From: Oikopleura dioica
Lineage: Eukaryota > Animalia > Chordata
Length of the DNA: 64,000 nucleotides
Direction of reading: 5' to 3'
Assembly: GCA_907165135.1 (NCBI GenBank)
Contig: OU015567.1
Span: 5,580,001-5,644,000 of the forward strand
Positions 24,547-36,195 of the stretch are shown in pieces. Each line of letters opens with the position of its first letter. Position 1 is the first letter of the stretch. The position numbers and the translations under genes were made by a program. The notes below the pieces were generated by a model. It saw only the letters and a list, made by a program, of their open reading frames with translations, was not told where the DNA came from and made no database searches.

Positions 24547-24975
24547 ATTTTAACATATGCCTGTATCCATCTATGACTTTGAATAATAATTGGCAAATGA
24601 TTGATTGACAAAACATCAGCTTATATCTTTTTTAAGATAAATTTGTCTGATTAACCTTTGTGATGACTAGAGCTTTAGATATTCGCCCGGCCGTTGGTGC
24701 GTAATCAACGAGCTTGTCCACGACATCGAAAATGAAATTTAGAAAAAAAAGGGATGAACGAAACGTCCTGACATTTTTTCTCAAACGTCGCCACATTTAA
24801 ACGAACTTCGTCTCAATTAACTCAATTCCACTCAAATTATTACTGAACGCTTACCTGAAAAAAAAACCTATCTTTAGCTAGCTATAAAAATGGGAAAAGG
24901 CCATCTCGCCCAGGAATGATCCATGGTTTGTTTATTTTGAAATGAATTTTTATTCCGAATTTTTACCGGTGAAAA

Positions 24976-26618
24976 ATGCGAAAAAAGCTTCTTTTCTTTT
25001 TGATAAATTCGTTTTTTCTTTTCTTTTTGATAAAATTTCGCCAATCAAAAAAGCAAGAAAAACAGTCGAGAAGCGCAAACGAAGAAATATGGCGAGAAAT
25101 AGTCAAAAATTATCCAGACACGATTCAATACTTTGACCTTGATTCTGAACGATTTGAAGAACCACTCGAGCATTTGAACTTTCTCGAACCAAGGAAGATC
25201 CATGAGAAAATCGAGAGCATCCATTCTCCTGAAAAATGCGAATGCGTTACGCCCGAATCAATCATTTTCCTGGTCGGGATCGAAAGTCTTCCAACATCGC
25301 GAAGAAGAAGGGATTTGATCCGCAAAACCTGGGGCGATCCAAAATATTGGCCAAACATCAGCAGACATACTTCTCAGAAGATCATTTTAAAACGGATCTT
25401 TCTTTTGGGAAAATCAGAGGATGAAGCAATAGAAGCTCAAGTCCAGAAAGAATAAGATGAATTCAGTGACATTTTGCAGGGATCTTTTCAGGAACACTTG
25501 TACAGCTTGACTTATAATGACAGGCTCTCAACTAAATTCTAACGGTTCTTTGGTACGCTAATTTTTTTTTTTCAATATTGAGCCCTTCAAAAGAGACCAG
25601 CAACTAGTCAATTTCTTCACCGAAAACTGCCCAGCAGCGAAAATCATCATCAAAGCAGACGATGACATTTTCCTCAACCCTCTCGTCCTCATTCGAACTC
25701 TCGAACTCTACGTCCTCCGTTACCCAGAACCGCCAATGAACGGAACCTATCACAAATTCGGCGAAACCGCGAGAAAATACAAGGACACGATCGAAATTCT
25801 CGGAAACATCATTCTCCACGCAGCGCCTAAAGAAAGCCCTTTCGACAAGTACTTCGTCCCGGCTTCGATTTCCGAATCAATCGTGGATGAAAGTCATCGC
25901 TACCCGGATTATTTCTCTGGCGCGCTTTTTGTGATGACGAATAAGGGGATGAGGAAATTTGCAAAAGAAGCGCTGGAAAATCCAACGTTTCCGATTGATG
26001 ATGTTTGGGTCAGAGAGACTTTTGTCAAGGCGAATCTTAGGAAGGGGCATTGAAAAGATAAAGATTCTGGGTTTAAGAACAATGGAATGAAAGCTCTTGA
26101 AAAGCGAGAATTTCCACTTTGAGCCGCTGTTTTACCAAGGATTTTTCATCGAAACAAAGACAAATTCATCGCTTATTCTTTCTTGCTATCTAGGTATCGT
26201 TTCATTTTCCAACCCATTTTCTTCCTCTTTGCAGCCGGACTGCCAGTCTTCCACAAGTTAAACAAAGAACAACGCCTCGCCACTTTCACAATGATGCATC
26301 ATCTCGACGCGAACAAATGCATCAACGATGAAATTTTGCCCCGGATCTTTGATGAGTTCACTGGACTCGATCGAGCGATAGATTTTTCGGGACCGAAATC
26401 AACGAAAACCAGATCGCAGAAATTTCAAGCTTTGGTAAAGTTTGTTTTTAAAGAAAAATGATGAGTTTTTGTTCAGAATTTTTTCGCTGGAAAAGAACTG
26501 ATGCGATACTGGTGCAGAAATTTGACGAAACTTCCTGGCTGGGGAGGAAGACATCTTCAAATTTGCCATAATTTTGTTTCAAAGCAGCACAGTCCGAGAA
26601 TCATATTGAAAATTTGAT
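24976..26618 (+). CDS. GT31 beta-1,3-glycosyltransferase (B3GALT/B3GNT-like), with in-frame TAA; possible pseudogene or sequence error
   Basis: RRDLIRKTWG, IFLLG, DILQGSFQEHLYSLTY, KADDDIFLN, YPDYFSGALFVM, IDDVW; TAA at about 25452 interrupts QKE*DEFSDIL. Confidence 0.75.
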
Positions 26619-26769
26619 TCTTTTGCTTCAATAAAAACAATGCTTATTTCGAAAAGCAGTATTTATGCATCAAACGTGTTTTTTCTATTTTTGACCTCGG
26701 CGGAGCAGAAATAAAAATTTTATCCGTCGAATCTGCTTGTGCTCTTTATGTGAGTGCTAGTCGAATTAA

Positions 26770-26930
26770 AATCAAGTAAAACAGGCTCTTTTTCGAATCA
26801 ATTCTAGCGTTGTTCAGCAAATAAACTTGCCGAAATCTGAATCCTTGGTCGCCTGAGAAAATAAATGCTTCCATTTTCCCTTCAAGAATTCAATTCCATT
26901 GAAAAGATTTAAAAAAACAAATTTCGTAAA
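26770..26930 (+). pseudogene. Inverted partial copy of the 11.66-11.83 kb segment
   Basis: aaatcaagtaaaacag...gttcagcaaat...aatctgaatccttggtcgcct...ccttcaagaattcaattcc matches the reverse complement of 11680-11830. Confidence 0.75.
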
Positions 26931-26940
26931 TATTGTTTTT

Positions 26941-28430
26941 TCAGATTCTATTTCCATTACCAAAGCCACCAAGCATAAGTAAATTTCCGCTCTGAAGCCC
27001 GACCAAGACATGACCATAAATATCGCTTAAAATAATTTCGATGATAAAAAATAATTCATTTTGCCGAACTGGTGGATCTCCGATCATACTCCATCCATTG
27101 TTCGTTAGTGTTTCCACTTTCCTCGTGTCGCCAGATAAACCAAAACTAACAGTGGTCGGTTGATTTTTATAAGGCCCAAGTCTTCCAAAGGCATGCCCGT
27201 AATTCGAAGACGTTGTGGGCATTGATTGCAGAGCAACGCTGAAATTTTTATTTTGAATTCGATATATAAAATGTTTTATTTGACAAAAATTAAGCTTATT
27301 TACCTCAAGAGTTGCCGTCAATAGAAAGCTTCTGATTGAGTGCACGCTCGATGCAAAGCTTCTGATTTCGCGCGCGCTCGATGCAAAGCTTCTGATTGCG
27401 CGCGCGCTCGATGCAAAGCTTCTGATTGCGCGCACGCTCGATGCAAAGCTTTTGATTGAGTGCACGCTCGATGCAAAACTTCTGATTTCGCGCGCGCTCG
27501 ATGCAAAGCTTCTGATTGCGCGCGCGCTCGATGCAAAGCTTCTGATTGCGCGCGCGCTCGATGCAAAGCTTCTGATTGCGCGCGCGCTCGATGCAAAGCT
27601 TCTGATTGCGCGCGCGCTCGATGCAAAGCTTCTGATTGCGCGCGCGCTCGATGCAAAGCTTCTGATTGCGCGCGCGCTCGATGCAAAGCTTTTGATTGAG
27701 TGCACGCTCGATGCAAAGCTTCTGATTGCGCGCGCGCTCGATGCAAAGCTTCTGATTGAGTGCACGCTCGATGCAAAGCTTCTGGTTGAGCGCGCGCTCG
27801 ATGCAAAGCTTCTGATTGCGCGCGCGCTCGATGCAAAGCTTCTGATTGCGCGCACGCTCGATGCAAAGCTTTTGATTGAGTGCACGCTCGATGCAAAACT
27901 TCTGATTTCGCGCGCGCTCGATGCAAAGCTTCTGATTGCGCGCGCGCTCGATGCAAAGCTTCTGATTGCGCGCACGCTCGATGCAAAACTTCTGATTGCG
28001 CGCGCGCTCGATGCAAAACTTCTGATTTCGCGCGCGCTCGATGCAAAGCTTCTGATTGCGCGCGCGCTCGATGCAAAACTTCTGATTGCGCGCGCTCGAT
28101 GCAAAACTTCTGATTTCGCGCGCGCTCGATGCAAAACTTCTGATTGCGCGCGCACTCGATGCAAAGCTTCTGATTGCGCGCGCGCTCGATGCAAAACTTC
28201 TGATTGCGCGCGCACTCGATGCAAAGCTTCTGATTGCGCGCGCGCTCGATGCAAAACTTCTGATTGCGCGCGCACTCGATGCAAAGCTTCTGATTGCGCG
28301 CGCGCTCGATGCAAAGCTTTTGATTGCGCGCACGCTCGATGCAAAGCTTCTGATTGCGCGCGCGCTCGATTCAAAGCTTTTGGAAGCTCTTCTTGAAGCA
28401 TTTATACATCCTGCAGTTATCCTGCTAAAA
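26941..28430 (-). pseudogene. Truncated paralog of the Cys-rich/Kelch-like gene, interrupted by a minisatellite
   Basis: TTSSNYGHAFGRLGPYKNQPTTV...GDTRKVETLT...GDPP and HVLVGLQSGNLLMLGG match 10960-11220; about 45-nt deletion; TGA where the parent has CGA. Confidence 0.8.
27325..28383. repeat. 30-bp minisatellite, 35 units (TCTGATTGCGCGCGCGCTCGATGCAAAGCT)
   Basis: 25 units at 27331-28080, one 28-nt unit, then 9 units; no spacers. Confidence 0.97.
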
Positions 28431-28624
28431 TCCCGGCCTTATTAATTGATTAAGTCTGTTTCCATTCAAATATTGTCATGAAGATTTGAAAATTAGCGCG
28501 TCGCTAAAAATAGACGGTGCTTGTGAAATTGGTTTAGACCAAATAAATCATGTCCTACTCATGCTAGAGAAAGACAAAGACCACCATGTGAAAGAGCGCG
28601 TTTTAATTAGTATAAGTACTAATT

Positions 28625-29703
28625 TTCAATAAGTTATCTCATCGGGAAGGCCATTACGACAAAAAATGTCGATTTTGACTTGTGGGGTTACGCCCTCCGA
28701 TTGGACTCGTGGGGTAAAGTGGTGCCGATGGCTTTTTTGGCTTTTCTCTGATTACTTTTCTGAAAATTCTTCGTTTTTTCGCAAAAAAGTGGTCCAACAT
28801 AGAAAATAGACCTCTCAGTTGAATTTTTTAATTAAAATTTCCGAAATTGTGCGATTACAAAATTTTACCAATTTCCCCCAAATCTCCGAATTGTCCGTTC
28901 CGGAAGTGTCCGTTTTGTCTGTAGACTATATGATGATTTTTACCTTCGATATTTAACGTCATATCTGGCGCAGCAATGGGGATTTTTCCAGAAGCCTTTT
29001 TATCTCGAAGTATCAATGCTGACTTGTCAGTTTTCATGGCGATCTGGGGTCGGCAAACCAGCAAAAACTGGGATAATGATGAGGGCTACGCTCGCCAACC
29101 TGTGTAGAAAACCTGAGTCAGGGTCTGAAAGATCTTTTAGAAAAGCCGCTACGATCAATCAGACCCTGACTCAGATTTTCCAAGGTTTTCAGAGCATTTT
29201 TTCGAGCACTCATCCCATTTTCATCGTTTTTTGCCGACCCCAGAGGGCGATAGTGGGTTTGCAGAAAACATCTTCAATCCGGCGAGTTATCAAATTTAAT
29301 CCATCGACGGAAATGGATTCTACGACAAGCGCCGTATAATTCGCTAGTTATGAGGTCTAAGAAAATAATCTTATAAAAAAATATCAACCTGAGCCATCAA
29401 AAGAAAAATCGTCAAAACAGGTTGAGTATTGCAAAAGTTGCGATGGAGAGAGCGCACAGTCGTTTGAAACAGTATATCCATGGCCGTCACTGATCAAGAA
29501 CAAGTTCTGTAGATCCGCATCTATCGAACTTCCAGAGGATTCATGACAGGCAGAGTCCTCAAAAAAAGGGGGGGGTCCTAAATCTCTCCGGGAACTGTCC
29601 TTACCAGTGTTACAAGAGCTCCTGTTTCTTGACAGTCGACATTGAATAAATTGCAATTTCCTTCGACACGCTCAAAAAACAGCAAAAAATAGACGTGAAT
29701 CAT
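28625..29703 (-). CDS. Secreted protein with ZP-N-like Cys pattern, multi-exon
   Basis: Signal MIHVYFLLFFERVEG; VDCQETGALVTL|DSAC...CALS...YSTCFDD...NYTA...ITRRIEDVFC; GTAAG donor. Confidence 0.5.
29082..29210. mobile_element. CCTGAGTCAGG-family MITE
   Basis: agggctacgctcgccaacctgtgtagaaaacctgagtcagggtctga ... tcagaccctgactcagattttcc. Confidence 0.8.
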
Positions 29704-30187
29704 CTCTCGATCTGATCGCGAAAATCTCAGCGTCGAAACTGCGTTTAATTGATCCGTGCTCATGTAATTTATCGTTGTGCAGAAAATTGCGCGTGTAATT
29801 ACAATTAAATCAAAGATGCAAAAAGTATTTCATTTCCTCCCGGAGACCCACATCTCGCGCTCGGATAATTATAAGAAAATTGCAGTTTCGTGACGAAAGC
29901 TCGAAAGTTTTGTTTCAAAGCAGCACAGTCCGAGAACCATGCTCAAGATTCAATTTTTGCTTGAATAAAGAAAGAGTATCCTAATAAATTTTAGGTATTT
30001 TTAGCCGATCAAGAGCACTTGAAAATGCTTGAAAGATTTCCGGTTATAATGATTTATTGAGCAGAGAAAACAGAGATGAGAAATTGCGAACAGCTGATTT
30101 GAGTGCTGCGGTAAAGAGAGTTTTGATCAGGGTAAGTTCGATAATTGACCAAGAAGGAGACTTCAGTGATGAGTCGACCTTTTTTAT

Positions 30188-30636
30188 TCATTTTCTTCTT
30201 CCAAAGATGCGGGCAATGTATTTTCTGACTTTTCGCATTGCTTCTTCTTTCATCTTCTCTTTGGTCTCTTCTTGGGAATAGTGGGTGATCTCGGCATCGC
30301 GTCCAGGAGGAAAACGAGGAATATCAGTCAAATCCCCAGGTCTTTCTCTAATAAGTGCGAAGACCATGATGATGGCGCCCATGCACTCGATGAACTCTTC
30401 AAAGGAGATTTTTCCTTCGAGACCTTCTTCGAGCTCATCCATAAGCGCGCTTAAAAGTCCTTCCGAATCGAAAGGCTCACTTGCTTCTAAGAAAATGAAT
30501 TAAACATAAATTAAAATCTCGAAATTTTACCTTTGATTATTTTTCTGAGCCCCTCTTTTGACAATGTTCTGTCCTTGTCAGCGTGCTTGTTGAAAATTTC
30601 AACGTAAGCGTTCGTCAAGTCAGCGATTTTTGTCAT
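30188..30636 (-). CDS. S100-like two-EF-hand protein (exons 30636-30531 and 30486-30188)
   Basis: MTKIADLTNAYVEIFNKHADKDRTLSKEGLRKIIKE...ALMDELEEGLEGKISFEEFIECMGAII follows the S100 helix pattern; canonical 44-nt GT-AG intron in phase. Confidence 0.7.
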
Positions 30637-30744
30637 TTTATCTATCTTATTTTACTAACTCATCTAAAGTTTTTGCGAATTCAAAAAAAGTCCTTCCGGT
30701 GTGATTCAACTTCCGCTTTCAAAGATCTCTGATCTGAGATGGAT

Positions 30745-30790
30745 CAGAGTCTGACTCAGGTTTTCTACACAGGTCGCTGAGCCTAGCCCT
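30745..30790. mobile_element. Solo TIR of the MITE family just upstream of the S100-like gene
   Basis: tctgactcaggttttctacacaggtcgctgagcctagccct. Confidence 0.7.
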
Positions 30791-31084
30791 TGTAGGTCGA
30801 TATTCGTAGAACTAAAAATCTCATCTAATCTTAGTCTTTTTTCCCACATTTTTCCTCATTTTTATGAGATGAAAGACTAATCTGGCACTGGTATAAAGGA
30901 ATTTGGCTCTGAGTAGAGCCCACAAAGCGGCTCTTGGGCTCCTTCGTCAGTGAATCCGTAGTCGTAAGATTTTTACTTGATTTTACGATTTCAGCAAGCG
31001 GTACCTGTCAGCGCGCCACAACCTTATTCTTTGGCTCTTGGAGTTGAGACTTCTTTTTACTCGAGAATCAAGTAATCCGCGAAA

Positions 31085-33052
31085 ATGGCCAAGGACGAAA
31101 TCTGCTTTGAAGCGCCGGAGATAAATATGGCCTCCGAGTAAGTTTTTAATTAATAATATTGAAGAAAACCTTATGTTCATCAAGAAAACTCAAATTTCGA
31201 TCATTTGTGGCCAATTATGGCTCAGAAAATGACTTCATGTGCGATCAAAATTGTCAGTTCTGAGCGAGTTTTGCCGAAAATTACACCAAAAATGACGCTT
31301 TTTGAGTCAAAAATGTACAAAATTAGGGTGTTTAAGTCATTATTTGCATAAGCAAGCATTTTTTATGGCATTTTTTGGTCGATTTTCCCGAATTTCAGTC
31401 TAAAAATGCGAATTTCGTTGATTCTAGAGCGAAAAACTGACAGTTTCGTTCAAAGTTTCGAGTATAAAGCCCTTGAAAACCCTGCATCGAAAGCTCAATT
31501 CTTTATTGCTCGATATTAAATCCAAATTTACGCGACCAAAACTCCAAACGAATCCTTAATTTATGTAGCCTAAGCATCATTAAACTGGCCAAATATTTAT
31601 AGTGTTTTTGTTTCGCCCATCGCTCTCAGGCTATTCGGGCTGACGGACGGCCGTAAAATTTATATTGAAGTCAACTTATCCGTTAAAACTAATGACCTAG
31701 GCGGTAAAAATGCTTCAATGATAATCTTAAGAAGAAAATAGACAGAGCGCGGAATTTTTTCATAAGCCGGCCTTTTGTTTTTAATAACATCAAAAAGAGT
31801 TATCGATCGTTTTTTTATTGAATCAGCGTTTTGATACTCTTCCTTGATTTCAAGAGCCAAAATCACACCTATCAAGGCCCCCTTGTCAATTAGCTTTTAA
31901 GCATCGTCCTCGATGCGCGAGTGTCAGTCGTCACGGTGACCAAGCTCGTGGACGTCCGAGTCAAGGGCGATTGCGTCTGCCCCGATGGCCGCGGCTCCCC
32001 CATCGAAGTTGGCCGAAGACGATCTCCCTCTCCAGTCGTCTTCCGAAAGCGAACTCCATCGCCAGTCGTTGTCCGAAAGCGAACTCCCTCTCCTCCGGTT
32101 GTTCGACGACGATCCCCATCTCCAGTTGTTTTCCGACAGCGAACACCTTCTCCAGTCGTCAAACGAGTCGAGAAATCATCATCATCTTCCTCGTCATCCT
32201 CCGAATCTGAAGCTACTCCAAAACAGGCTTCTCCGAAACAGGCTTCTCCCGTTAGCCGAGCCAATCTCTCGATCGCCGCTGCTCCACCAAAAGCACCGTG
32301 AGTCCATTATCCTTGTCTTTCCCTTCCTCATCACTCCACTCTCTAGCGATGTGACTGATACCGAGCTGGAAGCAAGCTACTCTGAAAGCCAGTTCCCCAA
32401 GCGAATCCGAGTCACTGGCAAACTCAAGTCTGAGTGGAAATCTGAAAACCTCACTGGAGCCTACCAGGTAAAATTTCTCTTAGAAAAAAGATGACTCATT
32501 TCCAGCTCGAAAAATTCGATCAATTCGGCCGACCAATCTACGTCCGAGAAGACAACACTTCTTCCGAGACCGATGTTCTTCTTTTCCACAGCCAGGGTAA
32601 GGCATCCACTTCAGTCGTGTGAGGAGTTTCCGCACCCTTTGTGAGTGCTGCGTTCCCGTACCCCTAGCCCGCACTTTTTCTACTATTTTCTTCCAGAAGT
32701 AGCAAAAGTGAGTGCTGCGTTTCCGCACCTTTTGCCCGCTCTTTAGGGGTGCGGAAACTACTCACACCACTGTAGGTGGCGCTGTAGTTTTCTGACCAAT
32801 CAGATAACGTTATTTTTCAGATGGCAAGAAGCAGTGGAAACTCGGACCAGCCATCGACTCCAAGAAGTGCTGGGCTTTCGTCGTCTCAAAGGGTAAGTAA
32901 CAGTCGCTAACCACAGTAGCTCCTCATCCCTAATTTTAGTTTCGAACCCAATCGACATCGACGGCGACATCCGCCGAAAGGGCCGAAACTGGCACGAACT
33001 TCTCAACAAGAAGTGGATCCCAGCCAAGAACCTCTCCATCTCCTCCGCTTAA
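31085..33052 (+). CDS. Protein with R-x-(S/T)-P-S-P repeats, poly-Ser and a C-terminal aromatic domain
   Basis: MAKDEICFEAPEINMAS exon joins in phase to DIVLDARV; RRSPSP/KRTPSP x5; GAYQLEKFDQFGRPIYVRE...WKLGP. Confidence 0.6.
32607..32778. mobile_element. Small intronic MITE-like hairpin of a different family
   Basis: gtgtgaggagtttccgcaccc / ggggtgcggaaactactcacac inverted arms; internal direct repeat gtgagtgctgcgtt. Confidence 0.55.
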
Positions 33053-33594
33053 AATATCTGGCAGACCAAGATACCAAAATTGCAATTCTGAAATTCGAAC
33101 AAACAGCATGCAGCTTTTTCTGTCCTGGCAAATTTTTTACTTTTCAAAGATCTTTTTATCACCTTCATTTGATGAACCTAATAAAATCAATCAAAAATCG
33201 ACGCAGCCTTTTAACTTTATGAGTCATAGAAAAAAACTCTACAAAACATGTTTTTTTAATACTGTTGACTTCACACCATCATGGTCCCTTGAGAAATACT
33301 GTCGATACCCTTCGTGACTCAAAATGTCATCGATTGGATGTTCGTTGACTCGATTCTGCGGATATTTTCAAATCGCGAGGGAGTCAAATTTTTTCCGCGT
33401 CACAAGGTGAAATCGAACTGGTATTTAACTGTTGGGTGTTGCCTCCAACGCAAATATACATAACTTTGCGGCTTAAAAATCTTGGAAGCGGAGAAAAACG
33501 CGCCCACTCGTCTCGAGAGAAAAATAAGAACGTAAGTACCAGAAGAAAATTTTTTTTCGCAAAAAACTTACTCTTTTTTTTTTCAAAGATAAAT

Positions 33595-34152
33595 ATGGGT
33601 AAAGCTGTTGCTGAAAAATTCGTGGGAAAATGGAAGCAGGAATCGACCGATAACATCGAAGAGGTGCAGTTTTTTTATCAATAACATATCTTATTTTTTT
33701 GACATTTCTAGCTGAACACGAAGCTCGGATTCGGCTGGGCGACACGAAAAATTGCAAACATGATGGATGTCTACATCGAAATCACCTGCAATGCCGATGT
33801 TAGACCCTTCTTTCTCCTCATAGTCGCTCACTCTCTTTTAGAGCATTCATTTCTCAACAAAAACGAAGCTGAAGAACATGGAATCGACCCTCCCCTACAC
33901 CGGCAGCTCCGACCAAAAAGGTTTTAGCGACGAGACAATTGCCACGACCATCACTTACGAAGGCGACGATATGGTCATCAATGGCAAGGGAGTCAAATGC
34001 GGCGACAAACTCGAGGTAAAACCCCTCCCTACTTCCTCCCTCAATTACCTTTCTAGGATTCGCGTCGAGTCTTCTCCCTCCGAGATGGAAAACTGCACGT
34101 CATCCAGACCGTAGGAGGCGTTACCGGCACTCGAGTTCTTGTCAAACAATAA
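33595..34152 (+). CDS. FABP-like: Fatty-acid-binding protein (iLBP/FABP family), 4 exons
   Basis: KFVGKWKQESTDNIEE, LGFGWATRKIA, TTITYEGDDMV, RRVFSLRDGKLHVIQTVGGVTGTRV. Confidence 0.85.
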
Positions 34153-34400
34153 CTTTTCACTGTCGACGATAAGAAGATCTTTTCTCAAGGCCGAAAAAGT
34201 GACATTCTCAAAATTTTAAAATCGCGTGACATTTCAATGTTTACTAAAGCAAATGCTTCACAAATTCTTCCCGCTTCTCGAAAAACAATAAAAACAAACA
34301 ATAATTTGCTATAAATCGTCAAAATATTTATTGCACAAAGAAATTGAATATGCGTTTGTAAACTAAAATGATTCCTAAAGAACAGACGAAAATTAAGATT

Positions 34401-35923
34401 CTAGAGCTCATCATGCGCCGCCGAAGGTTTTTTCAAAAGCGCCTTGATTCCATTGATGAAATCGTTGACTTGTTCATCTCCAAGCTGGACGAGCTCGTTT
34501 CCAGTGAAAGCCTGGGACCAACAGAAATTATTGTGCATTGCATTTTTCGTTTCTTCGAATTTCACGTTCATCCCTGAAAGAACTTTTTATCGAAAATCAT
34601 TTCAATCGCAAAAACCGTCGATTTTCGCAAGTCTTCTGCTCATCATCTCAGCATCGTCGTGGAGGACGTCTTTTTCGTTCGCGTTCATGTACCAATTCTA
34701 GAGCAGAAAATTATCTTCCGAATCATTTTCGACAAACCTTGATGCTCTGAAGCATTCTATCGTATTGCCCCAGCGGCGAGACGGAACCGTTGGTGATTCT
34801 GTTTTTCAACTTTCTCTCCCACATGTGCTCAGTTTCTTCGTAAATCAAGTTTTCAGGCACATAATCGCCCAGGGTCTCCTTCGAAAGCCACTTGACAGGG
34901 TCGACGAAGCCGACTTCTGGGCCATTTTTCATTCCTGCGTCGATTAGGTGTCCATATTCGAGCTAAAACAGGTTAGAAGAGGCATTACTGGATAGTCTAC
35001 CGTGTCTTGGAGGGTAAGATCGCGCTCTCCAGCGAAAAGATGAGTCATAGAGTAGGCCATGTCTTCTTTTCGGAGAGTGAGTTTGTTGTACTTTCGGTAG
35101 CTGGGAGTGTCGAAGTTCAGCATTTGCAGCTGAGGCTGGAGAAGAGCAGCGCCGTGGATTGGAATCGTGACGTATTCTGAAGAAGGAGATTATTGATTTG
35201 ATTTTCCCAAGGACCCCTACCGTCTCCTTTCTTGATCCCATTCTTAGCAACTTGCATCGCCGCGGAAACACCAATCGCAGCTCCTAATCCATCGCCGGCG
35301 ATGATCATTTTCGTGAAATCCGCGTTGAGGTCTTCTGGATGATCGCTGATCCAGGTGATGACATCCTTCACATCATCAAACTGGCCGGGCCACATTCGCC
35401 TCGGTGCAAGTCGATAATGCGGTGCAACGACGATGGCATTCGTCTCCGTCGCCAAATGAGTCAAAAAGTTGGAATAGAGATCGACGGAACTAGCGACGTA
35501 GCCGCCACCGTGGGCGTAGACGATCACGGGTCGTTTCTCGCTGCTCTCGGGGTTGGAATCGAAAATGGAATAGGGAGTGTGAAGACGATTGGTGTCCGTC
35601 TTGGTTTCGGTACGGATGGAGTTGTTGATACCGATGAGAGCCGCGAGCTTGGCGGTCAGGTCTTTCCGGAATTGAGCTTCCATGTGACCAGGATTTCGCT
35701 AGAAAAAGGATAGAAGAGGTCCGATTGAAAATATATTCGAAAATCTCACCTTGTCAGTATCTTCGACGTTGTCTCTGTGCATTTGAATCATATCTCTGAA
35801 CAAATGATCCGCCCGCAATTGAACTGTCTGGAAAAAATCCATGGTCTCAGCGACATCTTTTTTCAACCCTTTTGCGATTTCTAAGCTTGAGCTTGCTGCG
35901 AGAAGAGAACAAAAAAGCTTCAT
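34401..35923 (-). CDS. AADAC-like: AADAC/NCEH1-like (HSL family) alpha/beta hydrolase with nucleophile Ser->Gly and C-terminal HDEL
   Basis: VIVYAHGGGY, YRLAP, IAGDGLG (in place of GDSAG), DVLHDD, AMHNNF, ...AAHDEL*. Confidence 0.85.
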
Positions 35924-36195
35924 TTTTTGATGAATTTTTTGAATTATGAAAATCTGGGAACAGAGAAATCGAATTGATGAGGAGTTGTTTGAGCAAGAAA
36001 TGTTAAAAGCATGACGAGACTGAGCATGTTGGACGGAGTACTAGGGACTGACGTGGCCATGATTTTAGGGTGGAAATGACATTTCCGCTTGTTGATTCTT
36101 TTTTCGATAAAATTTGGCAATTTCGACAATTGTTTTACAAGCAAAATATAATTTATTGATTGAAAAGATAGAACAAAAAAAAACTTCTCAAAAAT

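Noticed and set aside
27325-28383. CRISPR array
   Set aside because: Head-to-tail repeats without spacers, no cas genes, eukaryotic context
26941-28401. Long ORFs in five or six frames across the 30-bp array
   Set aside because: Artefact of a nearly stop-free 30-nt unit; the host gene has stops and deletions
29208-29221. ACTCATCCCATTTT, matching the 5' 14 nt of the O. dioica spliced leader as I recall it
   Set aside because: The remaining ~26 nt, donor and Sm site are absent, and the match overlaps a MITE end; treated as chance unless a search finds more
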